This document shows positions 23,110 through 36,395 of a DNA stretch of 46,548 nt, one piece after another; the stretch's first letter is position 1, and each line of letters starts with the position of its first letter. Origin of the DNA: Chromera velia (lineage: Eukaryota); contig JAHBMJ010000474.1 of the NCBI GenBank assembly GCA_018398765.1, positions 1 to 46,548 on the forward strand, in the 5' to 3' direction. Made by a program: the position numbers and the translations under genes. The notes beneath the pieces are model-generated. The model did no database searches. It was not told the origin of the DNA and worked only from the letters and a program-made list of their open reading frames with translations.

Positions 23110-24510
23110 ATGGAGTTTTCGTGGCAGTTCTCCAAACTGACTCCGTTTCTGTCAGTTTGTGACTTCGCCTCCTGTCTGCGGGTCACCAAAGATTGGCACG
23201 AGAAGTTTGAGAAGTGCCGCTACTTCTGTCTGCTCTCACAGAGCAATCTGCTTCCTGTTGTCGCCTCGAAAGAGTCCATGGGCCCACCGCCTGCGTTCAT
23301 GAACGGCACCACATCTGACGCGAGTCTCATTCGACAGCCCTGGGACCCTTCCAAGAAGATCTTCTACGCCGGTCAGGTAGGGTTTCAGTACATCAACACC
23401 GCGCAGTTCCTTCTCGTTGATGCCCAGACGGAGGAGCTGTGCAGTCTTCTTGCAGGGAGGGAGGACAAAGAAAGCGGTTTCAAGGTCAGGCAAACGAGGA
23501 CTTCTGTTCGTCCCCAAGAGAAGGGATCGGCGGACGACCAGAAGGATGCTCTTCTCAAGAAGCACGCAGAAGAGGGAACCCAGCGACCAGATAAGCCCTT
23601 TCCGCCTGCGGACGACCAGCAAAAAGAACCCATTATGCTTGTCACCCATGGCCTGTATTTCCGCAGAGGCTTCGAGGCTCAGCTGGAGAACAACAGACAT
23701 GACGGTATCCAATTGCATTTCAACCAGCCGCCTCCCCGATACACCGAACCTTTTGAGGAGTGGGTAGTGCTGAAGACAGCGCTCTGGGGGGCGTTGCAGC
23801 AAGGTGCGCTGGTAAATTCTGAGTATGAGATTCTGGATAGGAAGAACCAGCCATTGTGGTTCTTCATTCTCTGGATGTCCCTTTTCCACTTCGCAAATTT
23901 CCACAGTGACTCACTTCGAGAGCTCTACAAGCCCTTTCTGATTTTTTCCCACAAAGAATTCAAACACGCAGCGAAAAAAAGTTACAGGAAAAGCCCCTCA
24001 AGGGGATGGGAGCCCCGAAAGCCACAAGAGGGGAAATCGAATTCCGACTATCAGTCTGCAGACTCCGACCTAGATGAGGAGAACCACACCCCTTCAGGGG
24101 TCCCTCCCCCCGCCAGTGAACAGGGTTCGGTCAGTCCCCCTGTCAGTGGGGACGCTCCCGAGTCTGACCCCGACCCCTGGCTGATGGAGGCAGAGGCCCC
24201 TGTGCCTATGCACCAGAACTTGCTAGGGCATTCGGAGCCGGACGAGAAGTTTTTCAAGGACGGTCTCCGTCCGGAAGATCTCAAAGCAAGCGTGAAGATT
24301 CTAGAGGAGCCAGGGGGGATCGAAGTGGAGGCTTTTATCCTCGCAGACTGGGGCGGGGGGTTGTTTGTGAGGGGTGGGTGGGACCTGAATCTGTACCATG
24401 TCCGGTTCTGCCTCAGAAGAGATCCAAGCGCCTCTGGGGGGATCTCGATGCTGTATGAGACCGAGAATGTGGTCAAATACACTGCCAAAGGATACCCAAT
24501 CAGTCTTTAA
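23110..24510 (+). CDS. Intronless 466-aa hypothetical protein with an N-terminal F-box-like motif
   Basis: Long ATG-TAA ORF with protein-like composition. LTPFLSVCDFASCLRVTKDWHE resembles the F-box pattern FLxxxDLxxCxxVxKxW. Preceded by a promoter-like cluster. Confidence 0.8.
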   Translation: MEFSWQFSKLTPFLSVCDFASCLRVTKDWHEKFEKCRYFCLLSQSNLLPVVASKESMGPPPAFMNGTTSDASLIRQPWDPSKKIFYAGQVGFQYINTAQFLLVDAQTEELCSLLAGREDKESGFKVRQTRTSVRPQEKGSADDQKDALLKKHAEEGTQRPDKPFPPADDQQKEPIMLVTHGLYFRRGFEAQLENNRHDGIQLHFNQPPPRYTEPFEEWVVLKTALWGALQQGALVNSEYEILDRKNQPLWFFILWMSLFHFANFHSDSLRELYKPFLIFSHKEFKHAAKKSYRKSPSRGWEPRKPQEGKSNSDYQSADSDLDEENHTPSGVPPPASEQGSVSPPVSGDAPESDPDPWLMEAEAPVPMHQNLLGHSEPDEKFFKDGLRPEDLKASVKILEEPGGIEVEAFILADWGGGLFVRGGWDLNLYHVRFCLRRDPSASGGISMLYETENVVKYTAKGYPISL

Positions 24511-26597
24511 TGAAAAGGGTTTTCGCCAAGAGTGCTGGCGGGATCGAGAGGCAGAATGTTGGCACGTAAAAGAATGCATGCAAGTGAGACAGAACAATTT
24601 GACAGGATTTTGTTTTCCATTTTATCTCTCTCCCTTCTGTCTGCATGTTCATGGCGAAGTCATCCATATCGGAGTGCAGAGTGAAAAGGGAGAGGGCCAA
24701 CAAGAAGAGAGAAGAGAAAAGCCCATCCCTCCTTCCAGAAAAAGAGGAAAGAGAGAAACGAAATGCGCTCAGAAAGATGGAAGACGAAGAAGAAAACAAA
24801 GAAATGATAGGCTTGAGCCCCTTGCGATTTGTTTCTCTTTCTATTCTCTCGGTTTGGTATTTTCGTTGCAGCCAGATTCAGTCGTTGATCTTGATCTTCT
24901 CATGCGATCGATTTGAGATGGGTGATCACTCTTTCAAAAGCCTTTTTGTCTGGTCCAAAGAAAACAATCTTGATTCGTTGTTGGCGTGCATGAGCAAGCC
25001 GCACGTACTTGGAGGTCCAGCTGAGGCCGAGCGGATGCAAAAAAAAGGTTGATTGTTCAAACGGCCTGAAACAGATTCCGGGCGGGCCACGGGCCCCGTC
25101 TGATCTGTGGGTCCCTCAGGAATAGGGTATACCGGGTACTAATACCGTCCTATACCCTCACCATAGCCTCATGCACACCCCTTTACTGTCTACAAAGTGC
25201 ACTTCTACAAAGCAAAACAGACATGGATTTTTAAACAATCATAAACAATCATAATAATTCAAGATATTGCTTCATGACCCCATTGTATATTTATGGGCAT
25301 CATTGGACATCTAGTGGGAGACTGCTGGACATCAGGTGAGACATCACGATCAAAATCTAGATCAAAATTAATATTAATAAATTGTATTATATGTGTTTCT
25401 AATTTTTTTTCTTTCATATCATACAGTATTAATTCCATAGTATACAATTTTAAGTTTGATTTATTTTTTTAAACTGTTCATTTTTTATGAATCAAAATGA
25501 GTTGATCATGCACTGACACTCTTTAAAACCAGTAAAAACACTAGCCAGCTCTAAAAGTGGAAGAATAAAATATATTCTATTCAAATACTAGCTTAAATTA
25601 TAAGTCAAATACATACGGAATTAAAACTCAATGTAACGTATTCCTTCTATCACTACTATCACACGCACGATATTGCAAAAAAAAAAAGAGAATTTTAAGA
25701 CTTGGTCTAATGGTCCGTTGGATACCAAAAGACTCGACTTGAAGTTCAAAAGAGAAAAGCTTTTCAGAAATTCCAAGTACGTTTTTATAATTTTGTGTGA
25801 TACTTTTAAGTTTATGGTTTACTTATTTCTGTTATTGCATCATCTGTGGGTTAACTCAATAATCATTATGGCTCCATTATGATAATGACGTAATGATTAT
25901 AGACATAATCGCAAGGTTCTATAATCATTATGACTGATTATCATAATGATGATAATAATTATGATTGATTATCATAATAACCATAATGATTATACAAAAA
26001 CACCCATGGAAAACTTTTATGACGACGCATATCAATGCACGCTGGTGCTATAAAGAGCGTCCCTAAAGGCCAGTCAACTCAGGGCGCATACTAATCGATC
26101 CAATATCAACAGTCAAGCGCGTCTCACAGCGACTGTCACTGCATGATAGTAAGGGCATCTCTCCTCGCGTATCCTCGCATGCTAGTTACAGAGAACGTTT
26201 GGCATCAAGAGCACACGATTGAAAGTGTATTTTGCAAAGAAAACGTCAATTTTCTTTTCAAATGAAACATACTTTGCATTTAGAGGTGCACCATACGCCA
26301 AGCATTTATTGTCTCCGAGTTCCTTCATTGTTCAAACAAAGTAAAGAGGCTCTTCAACAAAAGAGGCAAAAGATTCAGAGATACTCTTGAGCGCCTCAGC
26401 TTTCAAATGAAAAGAACAAAGCAACCAAAATATCAGCTAAACAAATTTGGGAGTCAAAACCCCAGTTCGAATCAACATCGATCAAAGAAGAGCAACTCCC
26501 TTGCAAACCCTAGGTCAAACAGGTCCCTGGACGGGATGGAGTGACCCAATTAATTGGAAGCGACGATGAAGCAACGCGGAGTGAGGAATGCACCCAC

Positions 26598-26701
<104 letters not shown>

Positions 26702-27985
26702 ACACAGAGAGAGAGAGAGAGAAACATGCACGTGGCACTGCCCTGAACAACACTGAGACTGTGGGTCTGATCATTCGGAGTCGCCGAGCAGGATATCATG
26801 TGCTTTGGCGGACAAAAAACCTGTCTGAATACGTGTCATCTTCGCGTGAATTAACATTCGTGCATTCACCCATCGAAACCTTAATACATACAAGATAAAG
26901 CTTCCATGCAGAACAAAGCAACTATGCAACCAACCAGCCAAAGAGGGAGTACACTTGGGGGGAAAGGCCGCGGAGAGCAGAAATGAGTCAGAAGCTTACT
27001 AAGACCAATGTTGAGAACGCCACTTTATTTTTACCCGCTTTCCAAAGTGGATGGGAGCGGATGGAACGTGGTAAGGTCGCCTCACGTTGCATAGCACGTT
27101 GTATGCACGAATGTCGTTCCTAATTTTCTTAAGAGAAGAATCTGACTCTACAGACAGAAAAGAAAGCGAACAAAAGCTTCTAAAAGCAGACAGAAGCGAT
27201 ATGGAACACGAGGCCGCTCGCGTAGATGGCCTTTCCGACTGGCCATCGACCTGAAATCTCAAGGTAGCCGAAGGATAATTCAATTTTGATCCGGCTTGCG
27301 GCGTTGCGAACCTTAAAGCCAGCGGAGGCCATTTACGCCCTTTGCAACAAGTAGATGGGCTTCTGGGAAGGTCTTTGCCAAGCCACTTTGTTTCGACTCA
27401 GCGGTCTGTTTTCATAATGAAGCTGACGTTTGAGCCAAACAGACCACATGCAAGCTATATGCATGAAGGTCAGGCAATCTGCGCCATGCAGCGCAGGCCC
27501 TCGGCCCGCGCGATCCCGGCCACCGGCGCTGCGCGGCTGAATTTCCCGAAATTCGCTTGCAACTGCTTTACGGGTCTTTTTTCCCGAAATTGGCATGCGT
27601 CATGCTTTTTGCGGAACCGACGAGCACGGACTGCCTCAGTCAGTAACTCTGCACTCGTTAAGTTGGCTCTGAACAGCTTGGAGATTCGAGTGTTTCCGTT
27701 ACACATTGCAGAGCTTCATAGAGCTCCACCTCTTTCCCATGCGGTACACTGGCCTCAGTGCAGCCGTGATTTTTCCCTCCGTCGTCTCCGCGGATTTTTG
27801 AGAGTGTATCCTTCTTGTTGCTTTTCCCAGAATAAAGCAAGCTTCACCTATCAGGTTGTCAACCTGACTTTGACGTAGAAATGAAGCTCGCTCGAAGCAT
27901 TGACACTGCACATGTTGTTTGCACAGTGTGTCGTGTTTGTGGAGTGCCCGTCTCTCTCCTTTCTTCTCTCCGGATCCTCCATCTG

Positions 27986-28754
27986 CACAACAGCAAGGTA
28001 AACATTTTCTTTGGCGAGACAGACCTTTGTGCTGACAGAAAGGACTCTCCTCAGCAGTTCCACAGCACGAGCAGTGAGTGTATCCTCCCGCAGCTTGCCG
28101 TCTCTCTTTCTTTTTCTCTCTCCCCACCCACACAACAGCGAGGTAAACATTTTTCCTTGGTGAGACAGACCCTTGTGCTGATAGAAAGGACTCTTCTCAG
28201 CAGTTCCACAGCACGAGCAGTGAGTGTATCCTCCCGCAGCTTGACGTCTCTCTTTCTTTTCCTCTCTTCCCACCCACACAACAGCGAGGCAAACATTTTT
28301 CGTTGGCGAGACAGACCCTTGTGCTGACAGAAAGGACTTTCCTCAGAAGTTTTGCAGCACAAGCAGTGAGTGTATCCTCCCGCAGCTTGCCGTCTCTCTT
28401 TCTTTTTCTCTCTCCCCACCCACACAACAGCGAGGCAAACATTTTTCGTTGGCAAGACAGACCCTTGTGCTGACAGAAAGGACTCTGCTCAGCAGTTCCA
28501 CAGCATGAGCAGTGAGTGTATCCTCCCGCAGCTTGCCGACTCTCTTTCTTTTTCTCTCTCCCCACCCACATAACAGCGAGGCAAACATTTTTCCTTGGTG
28601 AGACAGACCCTTGTGCTGACAGAAAGGACTCTTCTCAGCAGTTCCACAGCACGAGCAGTGAGTGTATCCTCCCGCAGCTTGCCGTCTCTCTTTCTTTTCC
28701 TCTCTCCCCACCCACACAACAGCGAGGTAAACATTTTTCCTTGGCGAGACAGAC
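27986..28754 (+). repeat. Tandem array of ~5.2 x 146-bp units, each an exon-like 81 bp plus a 65-bp GT-AG intron-like segment
   Basis: Exon-like parts start at 27994, 28139, 28285, 28431, 28577 and 28723 (partial). Each follows a pyrimidine tract plus aacag, and each complete one ends before gtgagt. Confidence 0.9.
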
Positions 28755-28764
28755 TTTGCTGCCT

Positions 28765-29032
28765 TCTCTTCCTTTTTTCCTTCCTTCCTTCGCTCATTCA
28801 TTCATTCGTTCCCATCCTCCCTTCCTTGTTTCCTTCCTTCCTCCCTTCCTTCCTTCCTTCCCTTCCTTCCCTCCCTCCCTCCCTCTTTTCTTCCTTCCTT
28901 CCTTCCTTCGTTCCTTCCTTCTTTCCCTTTCCTTGTTTCCTTCCTTCCTTCTTTCCTTCTTTCCTTCCTTCGTTCGTTCCTCCCTTCCTTCCTTCCTTCC
29001 TTCCTTCCGTCCCTTTCCTTCTTTCCTTTTCT
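28765..29032. repeat. (TTCC)n low-complexity tract
   Basis: Directly visible. Confidence 0.95.
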
Positions 29033-29974
29033 CTGGCGGCTGCATGTCGGTCCTTTGCGTTCGGGAGATGCTTCTCTCTCCCCCCACCTAACATTCAACC
29101 CCCCCTAGAACCCTCCTGCCTGCAGCGAGTTTTCTCTGGCGGCTGTCGGATGGCTGTCGGGCCTTTGTATTCGGAAGACGCTTCAAACCCTTTCATAAAT
29201 TGTAATATTGCATAATGAGTGACACAGTGGTCTCCATTAAGTCCTGCACAGCCTGTAAACCTTCGCAGCTTCCAGGAAAAAGAAACACAACAAAACTAAA
29301 CATAAGCATTATCTGAATTATCATATAATGATTATGTAAGTACGTATTTATATGCTAATCATTATGAAATTATAATTAAAATGATGGTTCTAACATATTC
29401 AAAATTGATAATGATATTTCTGTTTATAATGATTATGTCCATTATAAATGACATAATAACATAATAATTATAGGATACTGACGGTTCCACCTATAATGAT
29501 TATGACTTTCAAAGTCACTATGAGATTTCATAATTATTATGAAGGTACCCCTTCGAGTTAACCCAATGATGATTGAAGCATTGTATTTACCTAGGTATTT
29601 ACGTTTTTATATTGATATTGTTTTTATTTACAAATCAAGCTAAAAATTAAAGGAGTCGTTAATTTTTTGAATAATCTAAGATTAAATGTTAAACTTCCAG
29701 ACTAAATCGAATGCATTAAGTAAAATCATAAATTAGTGAAACATCACCATGTCAGCTAGCATATTTTTGACAGCAACACGTGTTCTGCACTAAGTAAACA
29801 TTGAAGTAGGAGAGGACTTTTTAAAGGTACACATCTCATACTGCATTCAACCTGGCATCCAACGAAGTTTGCTTTGCTAGATTCTTGTATGTTTAAAGTA
29901 CCGTTCACAACAGATAGGCCACACAGACAACTTGACAAAGTCACAAACTTATATAACATGATAAAAACAACCAG

Positions 29975-30160
29975 ACTAGCAACCAGACGTCCGTGTGACG
30001 CACCACTGAGCTAGAGGCAACCAAAGGCTCAAACCCTTCTAACTCCTTGATGATGTTCACATGATGTTCACCATGTTGGTGACACCATTGCGGTTAAGAA
30101 GTCCCTCGGCACCCAACGCAGTCAGGTTATCTCTTGCGCTAAAGACCCCTCTTCCACCAG
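29975..30160 (-). pseudogene. 3' fragment of the repeated unknown gene; homologous to 31030-31210
   Basis: tgatgatgttcac...ggtgacaccat...cacccaacgcagt...atctcttgcgct.aagacccc..ttccacc is shared with 31100-31208. Confidence 0.65.
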
Positions 30161-31058
30161 CGTTGTTGGCCTGACTTGTTTTTGAGGGTCTGACAGGATA
30201 AGCAACCCTCTCCTTCTTGTTGGCTCTCTTTCGCTTTCACGTTCTTCCACAGATATAAAACCGTGCAACAAAAACAACGAAGGGGAAAACAGGCATACAT
30301 GTAAGCAAAGAGAGCAAAACGCAGGCATTCGTTTATTTGTGCAGAGACGGGCTGTCGGTTCCTTATTACTTATCGGTAGTGAGGGAATTCGGTATCTTTC
30401 TAGCTTGCAAAACATGCATCGAGAGTCGACAGAAAGAAAACGTTGGGGGGCGGGCTTTGTATTTTCTCTTTCCGTTGAAATGAGTGGAACAGGAATGCGG
30501 ATTGGGGGGGGAAGGGGAAGTGGAACAATTAAGGAACGCAGGAGATAAACAAGGTCAGTCGCCTTTGGCTCTTAATATTTGAAGCATACATGCATGCACG
30601 TGCGCGGGCCGCGGGTGCACGCATGGGTCGGTCCGGCCGGGGTGCATGCTACTGAACCTTAACGGAGTGACAGAGTGACAGAGTCATCATAAACTTACAG
30701 ACTCACAAAATAGAGAAACAACTAGACACCTGTGTGACGAAGAAACAACTAGAAGAAAAAGAAGAAGAACAACTAAAGAGTGTCTTGTAAGGCTCTGTTC
30801 TCTTCCTGTAGAAGTCAGGTTCATTTGTTCATCCACTTTCCTGAGGGTGAAGAAAAAGAGAAACCCTTTGCTTCCTCTGCTTCTTTTTGGCCCTCTTCTA
30901 TGAGTCTGAGACTTGTCCTGTGTCCTTTCTTAGACTTCAAATAAGAGACAGGTCAGACATTCAATCAATCAATCAGTCAGTCAATTAAGTTTTTTAATCA
31001 AACAAACGGGGGCAGAAAGAGAACAGAGAAACAACTAGACGCCTGTATAATGGACACA

Positions 31059-31965
31059 TCACTCAGCCAGATGCTCTACAGGCCCAAACCCTACTGACTC
31101 CCTGATGATGTTCACTATATCGGTGACACCATCACGGTTGAGAACACCCCTAGGAACACCCAACGCAGTTGAGTAATCTCTTGCGCTGAAGACCCCCCTT
31201 CCACCGGCGCTTCTATGGATGGAGCAGAAGGTGTCCAGGGAGGGTACGAGAATGTTTTTATTGCATAGGGCACTGTAGTAGGGCACTGTACTCTCCTGAG
31301 ATCACATCCCGATACTGGATCGCAATCTCTTCGAGTCGTTTCTGAAGGTTGAACTTCATGGAACCCTTCGCCTCTTCCCGAACGTGAGGAACGAGAACTG
31401 CAGTAATGCGCCCCCCGAACGTCTTCCATCCATTTCCCCCTGAGAGCACACTGGATGCAAATTTTGAGAGGGGAGTTTTTTCCCCCGGTCTTTTGAATTG
31501 CGGAGGGGACCTAAATTTGGGCAAGTCAGCATACACAGCCGTTTTCTACTTACCGACTTTCTGATAAAGGGGGACGCTCCAAAGGATCGCAAGGTACTTC
31601 AGAATCTTCGCCTCTGTGGTATATTGTAGCATCTTTGGGCTTTCTGCAACCGTCCTGCCGCAAAAGGTTCGCAACCTCGGGGTCCGTTCCGTAATTTATC
31701 TGAAGGTGCACATGTATTTAGTACATGACACCATGATAGCCGAGCCTCCTCATGAAGCGTGTGTTTCCAATTTTGAAACCTTTTCTCCCCCATGTACGTC
31801 TGGAAGACGCTCTTTGCCGTGTCCTCAACAAGCTCTAGGACTCTCCTCAATTAGCAGAAGCTAACCACTCCGGCGTTCTTTTTTTTTACTCTCTAATCCT
31901 CCAGCTGTTTGCGGAGCTCCCTCACCGTCTCGCTTTCCCCGCCAATGCTGCAACGCGGACGCATT
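31059..31965 (-). pseudogene. Longest decayed copy of the repeated unknown gene (~300 codons, several frameshifts)
   Basis: Consecutive minus-strand ORF fragments (31599-31850, 31258-31536, 31059-31286) homologous to 8150-8577 and 29975-30160. A short gggcactgta duplication at ~31268-31290 shifts the frame. Confidence 0.65.
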
Positions 31966-32099
31966 TACATGGACTTCAATGTTTTCGTCCCCTTCTGAAC
32001 TACGACAAAAACATGTACACTTAGCGATTCACTCTGTATCTCCGACTGCAGTTGATCTGTATGGAAGTAATCAGTGGAAGAGCAAACGAAAGAAAAAAT

Positions 32100-32670
32100 G
32101 AGCTCAGACAAAGCAACTAGATCAACATAAACAGATCCATGCACCGTTTGGCTCGACAAGGTCAAAGTAACCAGGCACGACGCTTTCAACACACTCGTAG
32201 CGGAAGGGGGATGCGGCTACCTCGTTGCCATCAGTAACGCTCACCCAGAGAGTCACCAGGCCGATCAGTACCTTTAAACTCAAGTGGAGTGACAGAGTAA
32301 ACCAGGCTGGTTCACAGACTTGCACAGACCTCCTCTGACATCCATACATACAAGTCTATTGCTGCGCAGCGGCGTACAATGGCATGGAACCACAAACAGT
32401 AGACATGTTTCCATTTCAAGCGATAAAATGAAATGACATACACTCGATCACTATTCACTGAGATGCAAGCCGGGCAGTTGCAAAACAAAATATTCTCATA
32501 CATAGCATAGTGATTCCGCTCATTAGCAGCGTGCCCGTTTCAAGCATTTGCAGCATTGAACGGAGCAAACTACTCGGGAGTAGAGGGATCTGACAGTGTC
32601 TGAATGATCCAACCAACATGACATAATACGATATAATTGCCTGTTTCCAGCTCAGTGACAGACGCACCTG
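32100..32670 (+). repeat. Dispersed ~570-bp repeat, copy 2
   Basis: Colinear with 21720-22290. Confidence 0.9.
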
Positions 32671-32810
32671 ATACTATTGGGCATGATGCACCTGATGGGC
32701 ATAACAGAAGCATTTGACGAAGAAAACGGCAGAAGGATGAAGAAAGAGTGAGCACAGGGCACATTACATAGAAATTCTACTCACGGAATCTCTCGGTCAT
32801 CTCTATATGT

Positions 32811-32811
<1 letters not shown>

Positions 32812-32877
<66 letters not shown>

Positions 32878-33079
32878 TGCATACATACACACACACACAC
32901 ACACACATACACACACACGCACACATACACACATGCATATATATACACACACACACATACACACACACACACACATACACACCCACACACACACACATAT
33001 ACACACACACACATACACACATATACATACATACATACACATACACACACACATACACACACACACATACACATACACA

Positions 33080-33128
<49 letters not shown>

Positions 33129-33136
33129 ATACACAC
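32812..33136. repeat. Degenerate (CA)n microsatellite
   Basis: Directly visible. Confidence 0.95.
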
Positions 33137-34867
33137 TGTGCACGTCCAAAAGATTCTACCCACGAATAGGTTGGAAGCTGGCCCGGAAGGAAGTGGAAAT
33201 TTAAAGAAGTGAAGGATCAAGCCCTGTAGTCACAAATCATTCGATCTGTCTCTCTGCAGAGAGTGACTGTCTTGGTGACTAAGGCCTGTCATTAAATCCA
33301 TATAACCACTTACTATTTCGTCCATTTTTGTGTGTGCAGCTCCTCAAGCGGGCTTTCGAGGTGCCTACACAGAAAAGGTAAAGGGAAAAGAGAATTGAGA
33401 GGAATAAGACGATTGACTGTCGACAGAGAACCGGATCTACTAGACAAGGAGTCTACTGGGGAGCGCGAGGAAGCTTCAATGAGGGGAATCCCAAGTGGAT
33501 GATCGATTTAATAATTAAGTGAAGAGATGATTTAATAAGAGTGAGAACACTAAATTTTAATTCAACGAAAAAAGCGGGTGTGGATGAGGAACGGAGATAG
33601 AACGGAGACAGTCTATTGTTCTTCTTTGCAAAGGAAGCACTAAATCGATCTATTAGCCATGCAATCAAAGACTGATGGGATGTATGGACAACTGGTCAAG
33701 GAGTAGACATAAAAATTGGTATATAAACATACCTACGCACCCCTCAAAGTATATAGAAGACACCGCTGCCGTTTCCAGAACTAAACTCATGTCCAACCAA
33801 ACGATCATTGAATCAACTACCGCAACCGAGAAAGCACTCCATATAATTCAACCTCGGTATATGCACCAAAGCATTCCCCCCAGGCTGGGCTATAGCTGAA
33901 ACTGACAGCCGCGTGCAGTCTTGGAGGGTCGAAAATTTATGACTGACTTTACACGAACATACACATGGACTCACAGGCATACACATACGCAGACAAGACA
34001 GACAGACTTCCGATAGTGATCCGCTAAAACGCGCCTACTGCTGCGTACACGATTAAAAACACCAAAAGAAGTATGGTCAAATGTATTTATGGATCTGTTG
34101 CCTGCTCAGATTATCCTTGAAAGCACATGTTGCAAGACCTCGCTGGTATAGAAAAGGCCTCACCTACTCGGATACACCTGTAGTTGCAAAGTAAAGAGAC
34201 GAAAGACTTGACTTGAGCCAGGCAGAAAAGAACAAGTGAATGTATGTCTCTTTGACAACTAAGCAAAAATAGAAAGAACGCATGAATATCTGACCTGATT
34301 TTTTCTTGTCGAAGAACTCTTACAGGCTGCACAGCGAGGGAGCAAAACCGAAGGAAGTAAAAAAACAGATCTGAAATAAGCAGAGCGACGAAGTGACTCT
34401 CTCACAGCCTTTTGCTCGATCAGAGTTTCTTACGTAAACAAGAAAAGCGCTAGAGAAGAAGAGACACAGGCAGGCAGATAGGCAGTTCTGTAGACAGACG
34501 AACCGACAAAGAGGCAGTTCAACATGCAGCTGGAGAGAAGCTAAGGCAGTTACCATAAAAAAACGTAAGTTGAATAATACTCGGTGTCGTTCATTCTGAA
34601 ACGTAGAGACTCAAAGTGTTGCATATGATTTTTTTTATTTATTTCATACAGCAAAGGAAGAGCGAAAGCAGAGATACATGAAGGCATACAAAGACACAGA
34701 AAGAGAGCAAAGATGTGTACAAAAACACCTTTTTACAGGACTCTAAGCACTAATTTATCTTGTTCGATGTTCCTTTTCGTCCTTTCATTATGAAACTCAG
34801 TAGTATCCAGATCGATCAGCAATCGGAAAGGATAGGGACAGAAACTCATGAAAACAACCAAACAAAG

Positions 34868-34948
34868 ACACACATCCACACACATACACATATACAAACA
34901 CACGCACACACACATGCAGATATACGCAAACACACACATACACATATA

Positions 34949-35010
<62 letters not shown>

Positions 35011-35027
35011 TACATACACACACACAA

Positions 35028-35058
<31 letters not shown>

Positions 35059-35060
35059 TG

Positions 35061-35092
<32 letters not shown>

Positions 35093-35108
35093 TACACACA
35101 TACACACA

Positions 35109-35146
<38 letters not shown>

Positions 35147-35270
35147 ACACATACACATACAAACATACATATATACATACATACATACATACACATACAC
35201 ACACACACATACACACACACACACACACACACATACATACATATACATACATACACACACACACACACAT

Positions 35271-35311
<41 letters not shown>

Positions 35312-35358
35312 CACATATATACACACACACACACACATACACATATATACATACACAT
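34868..35358. repeat. Degenerate (CA)n/(TA)n microsatellite
   Basis: Directly visible. Confidence 0.95.
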
Positions 35359-35411
35359 CTAGACATCTATATGTTGATACATACATATTTTGTAACAGAT
35401 TCATGTGCATA

Positions 35412-36395
35412 CCACAGGCAGAACCACTGCATTCAATCTAAGCGGATAGCATGCTGACAAGCAAAGGAGTCCATCCGAACCTTAAGGACATGCAACAGCC
35501 CAGAAGATTGTAGAATATGTTGCAGACAAGACAGAATAGAAGAAAAAACCAACCAATGCGTGCGACAGAGCGAAAAATATGTCGAGACCCATGGGTGGAA
35601 CTCGTGTATGCTTGTAGGGAGCCTGGCCGCTATACCGATCTCACGAAAGGCGAATTCCAGAAAGGTCGATGTGGGCCTTGGCTGACTCAAAGGTGCTCCT
35701 CCAGAATCCCTCGCCATCCTACAATAGACAAACTGCATTGCTTACATTCATAGAAAGCCGAAGAGAGCGTTTTGAGGGTAGTGGTGATGGGAAAAAAGCG
35801 CCGGCAGAGAGAAATGTCAATAAGAGGTAGAGAGTGTCTGGGAAAGGGAGAGAGGGAATGGGAAAGCACGTACGAGAAAAAGAGGGAAAAGCAGGACGAA
35901 GGAGGAGGAGAGAGGAGAGAGGAGAAAGTGACAGAAAGGAAAGTGTGGGAGGACCCTGAGAGGGACTGAAGAACAAGTGCAAAGCCTGAATATCTGCTGA
36001 CCTCGCAAGACGTCTTAGGTGAGGCGGCTTCTCCGACTCAGAAGCCATACTTGCCATCGATGGGAATTAAATCTTGTAAAAGCCCACACCATCTACACAG
36101 AGACAACAAATAGAAAAATATAAGGAGGGGGGCGGGGAGAAACAAAGCGAGCAGGGCAGGGAAGAGAAGACGCCCTTCTCTATTACCTCAGCACCCCAAA
36201 TGTAACACCAATCGACAGACAAAAGAAAAAGAGTCCACGAGGGTTTCGGGGGACTGTCACATACTGAGTCACTTTCTGTAATGCCATGTGACTCTTCGGG
36301 TATTCTAGCCGTGACTATCTTTCCCGATGTCCCTCTTCCGCTGCTTTTCCTTCGTTCATGTGACACTGTGTGAGATGAAAGAAGCATGATGCCTC
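35412..36395 (-). pseudogene. Decayed multi-exon gene of unknown type
   Basis: AG/GT-bounded segments at ~36395-36265, ~36071-36003, ~35718-35589 and ~35480-35413 read as protein-like peptides, each with one in-frame stop. Confidence 0.35.

Noticed and set aside
25123..25158. Short inverted repeat agggtata...tataccct
   Set aside because: Only 8 bp, with no second copy, TSD or functional context.
27986..28754. Possible CRISPR array
   Set aside because: The whole 146-bp unit repeats with no unique spacers, there are no cas genes, and the context is eukaryotic.
28516..29215. ORFs rich in PSFL or KEGR
   Set aside because: Products of the (TTCC)n tract.
31170..31215. GGRGVFSARD as a SET domain
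   Set aside because: It resembles the SET N-terminal motif, but the frame ends ~35 codons later with no NHSC or ELxxxY motif.
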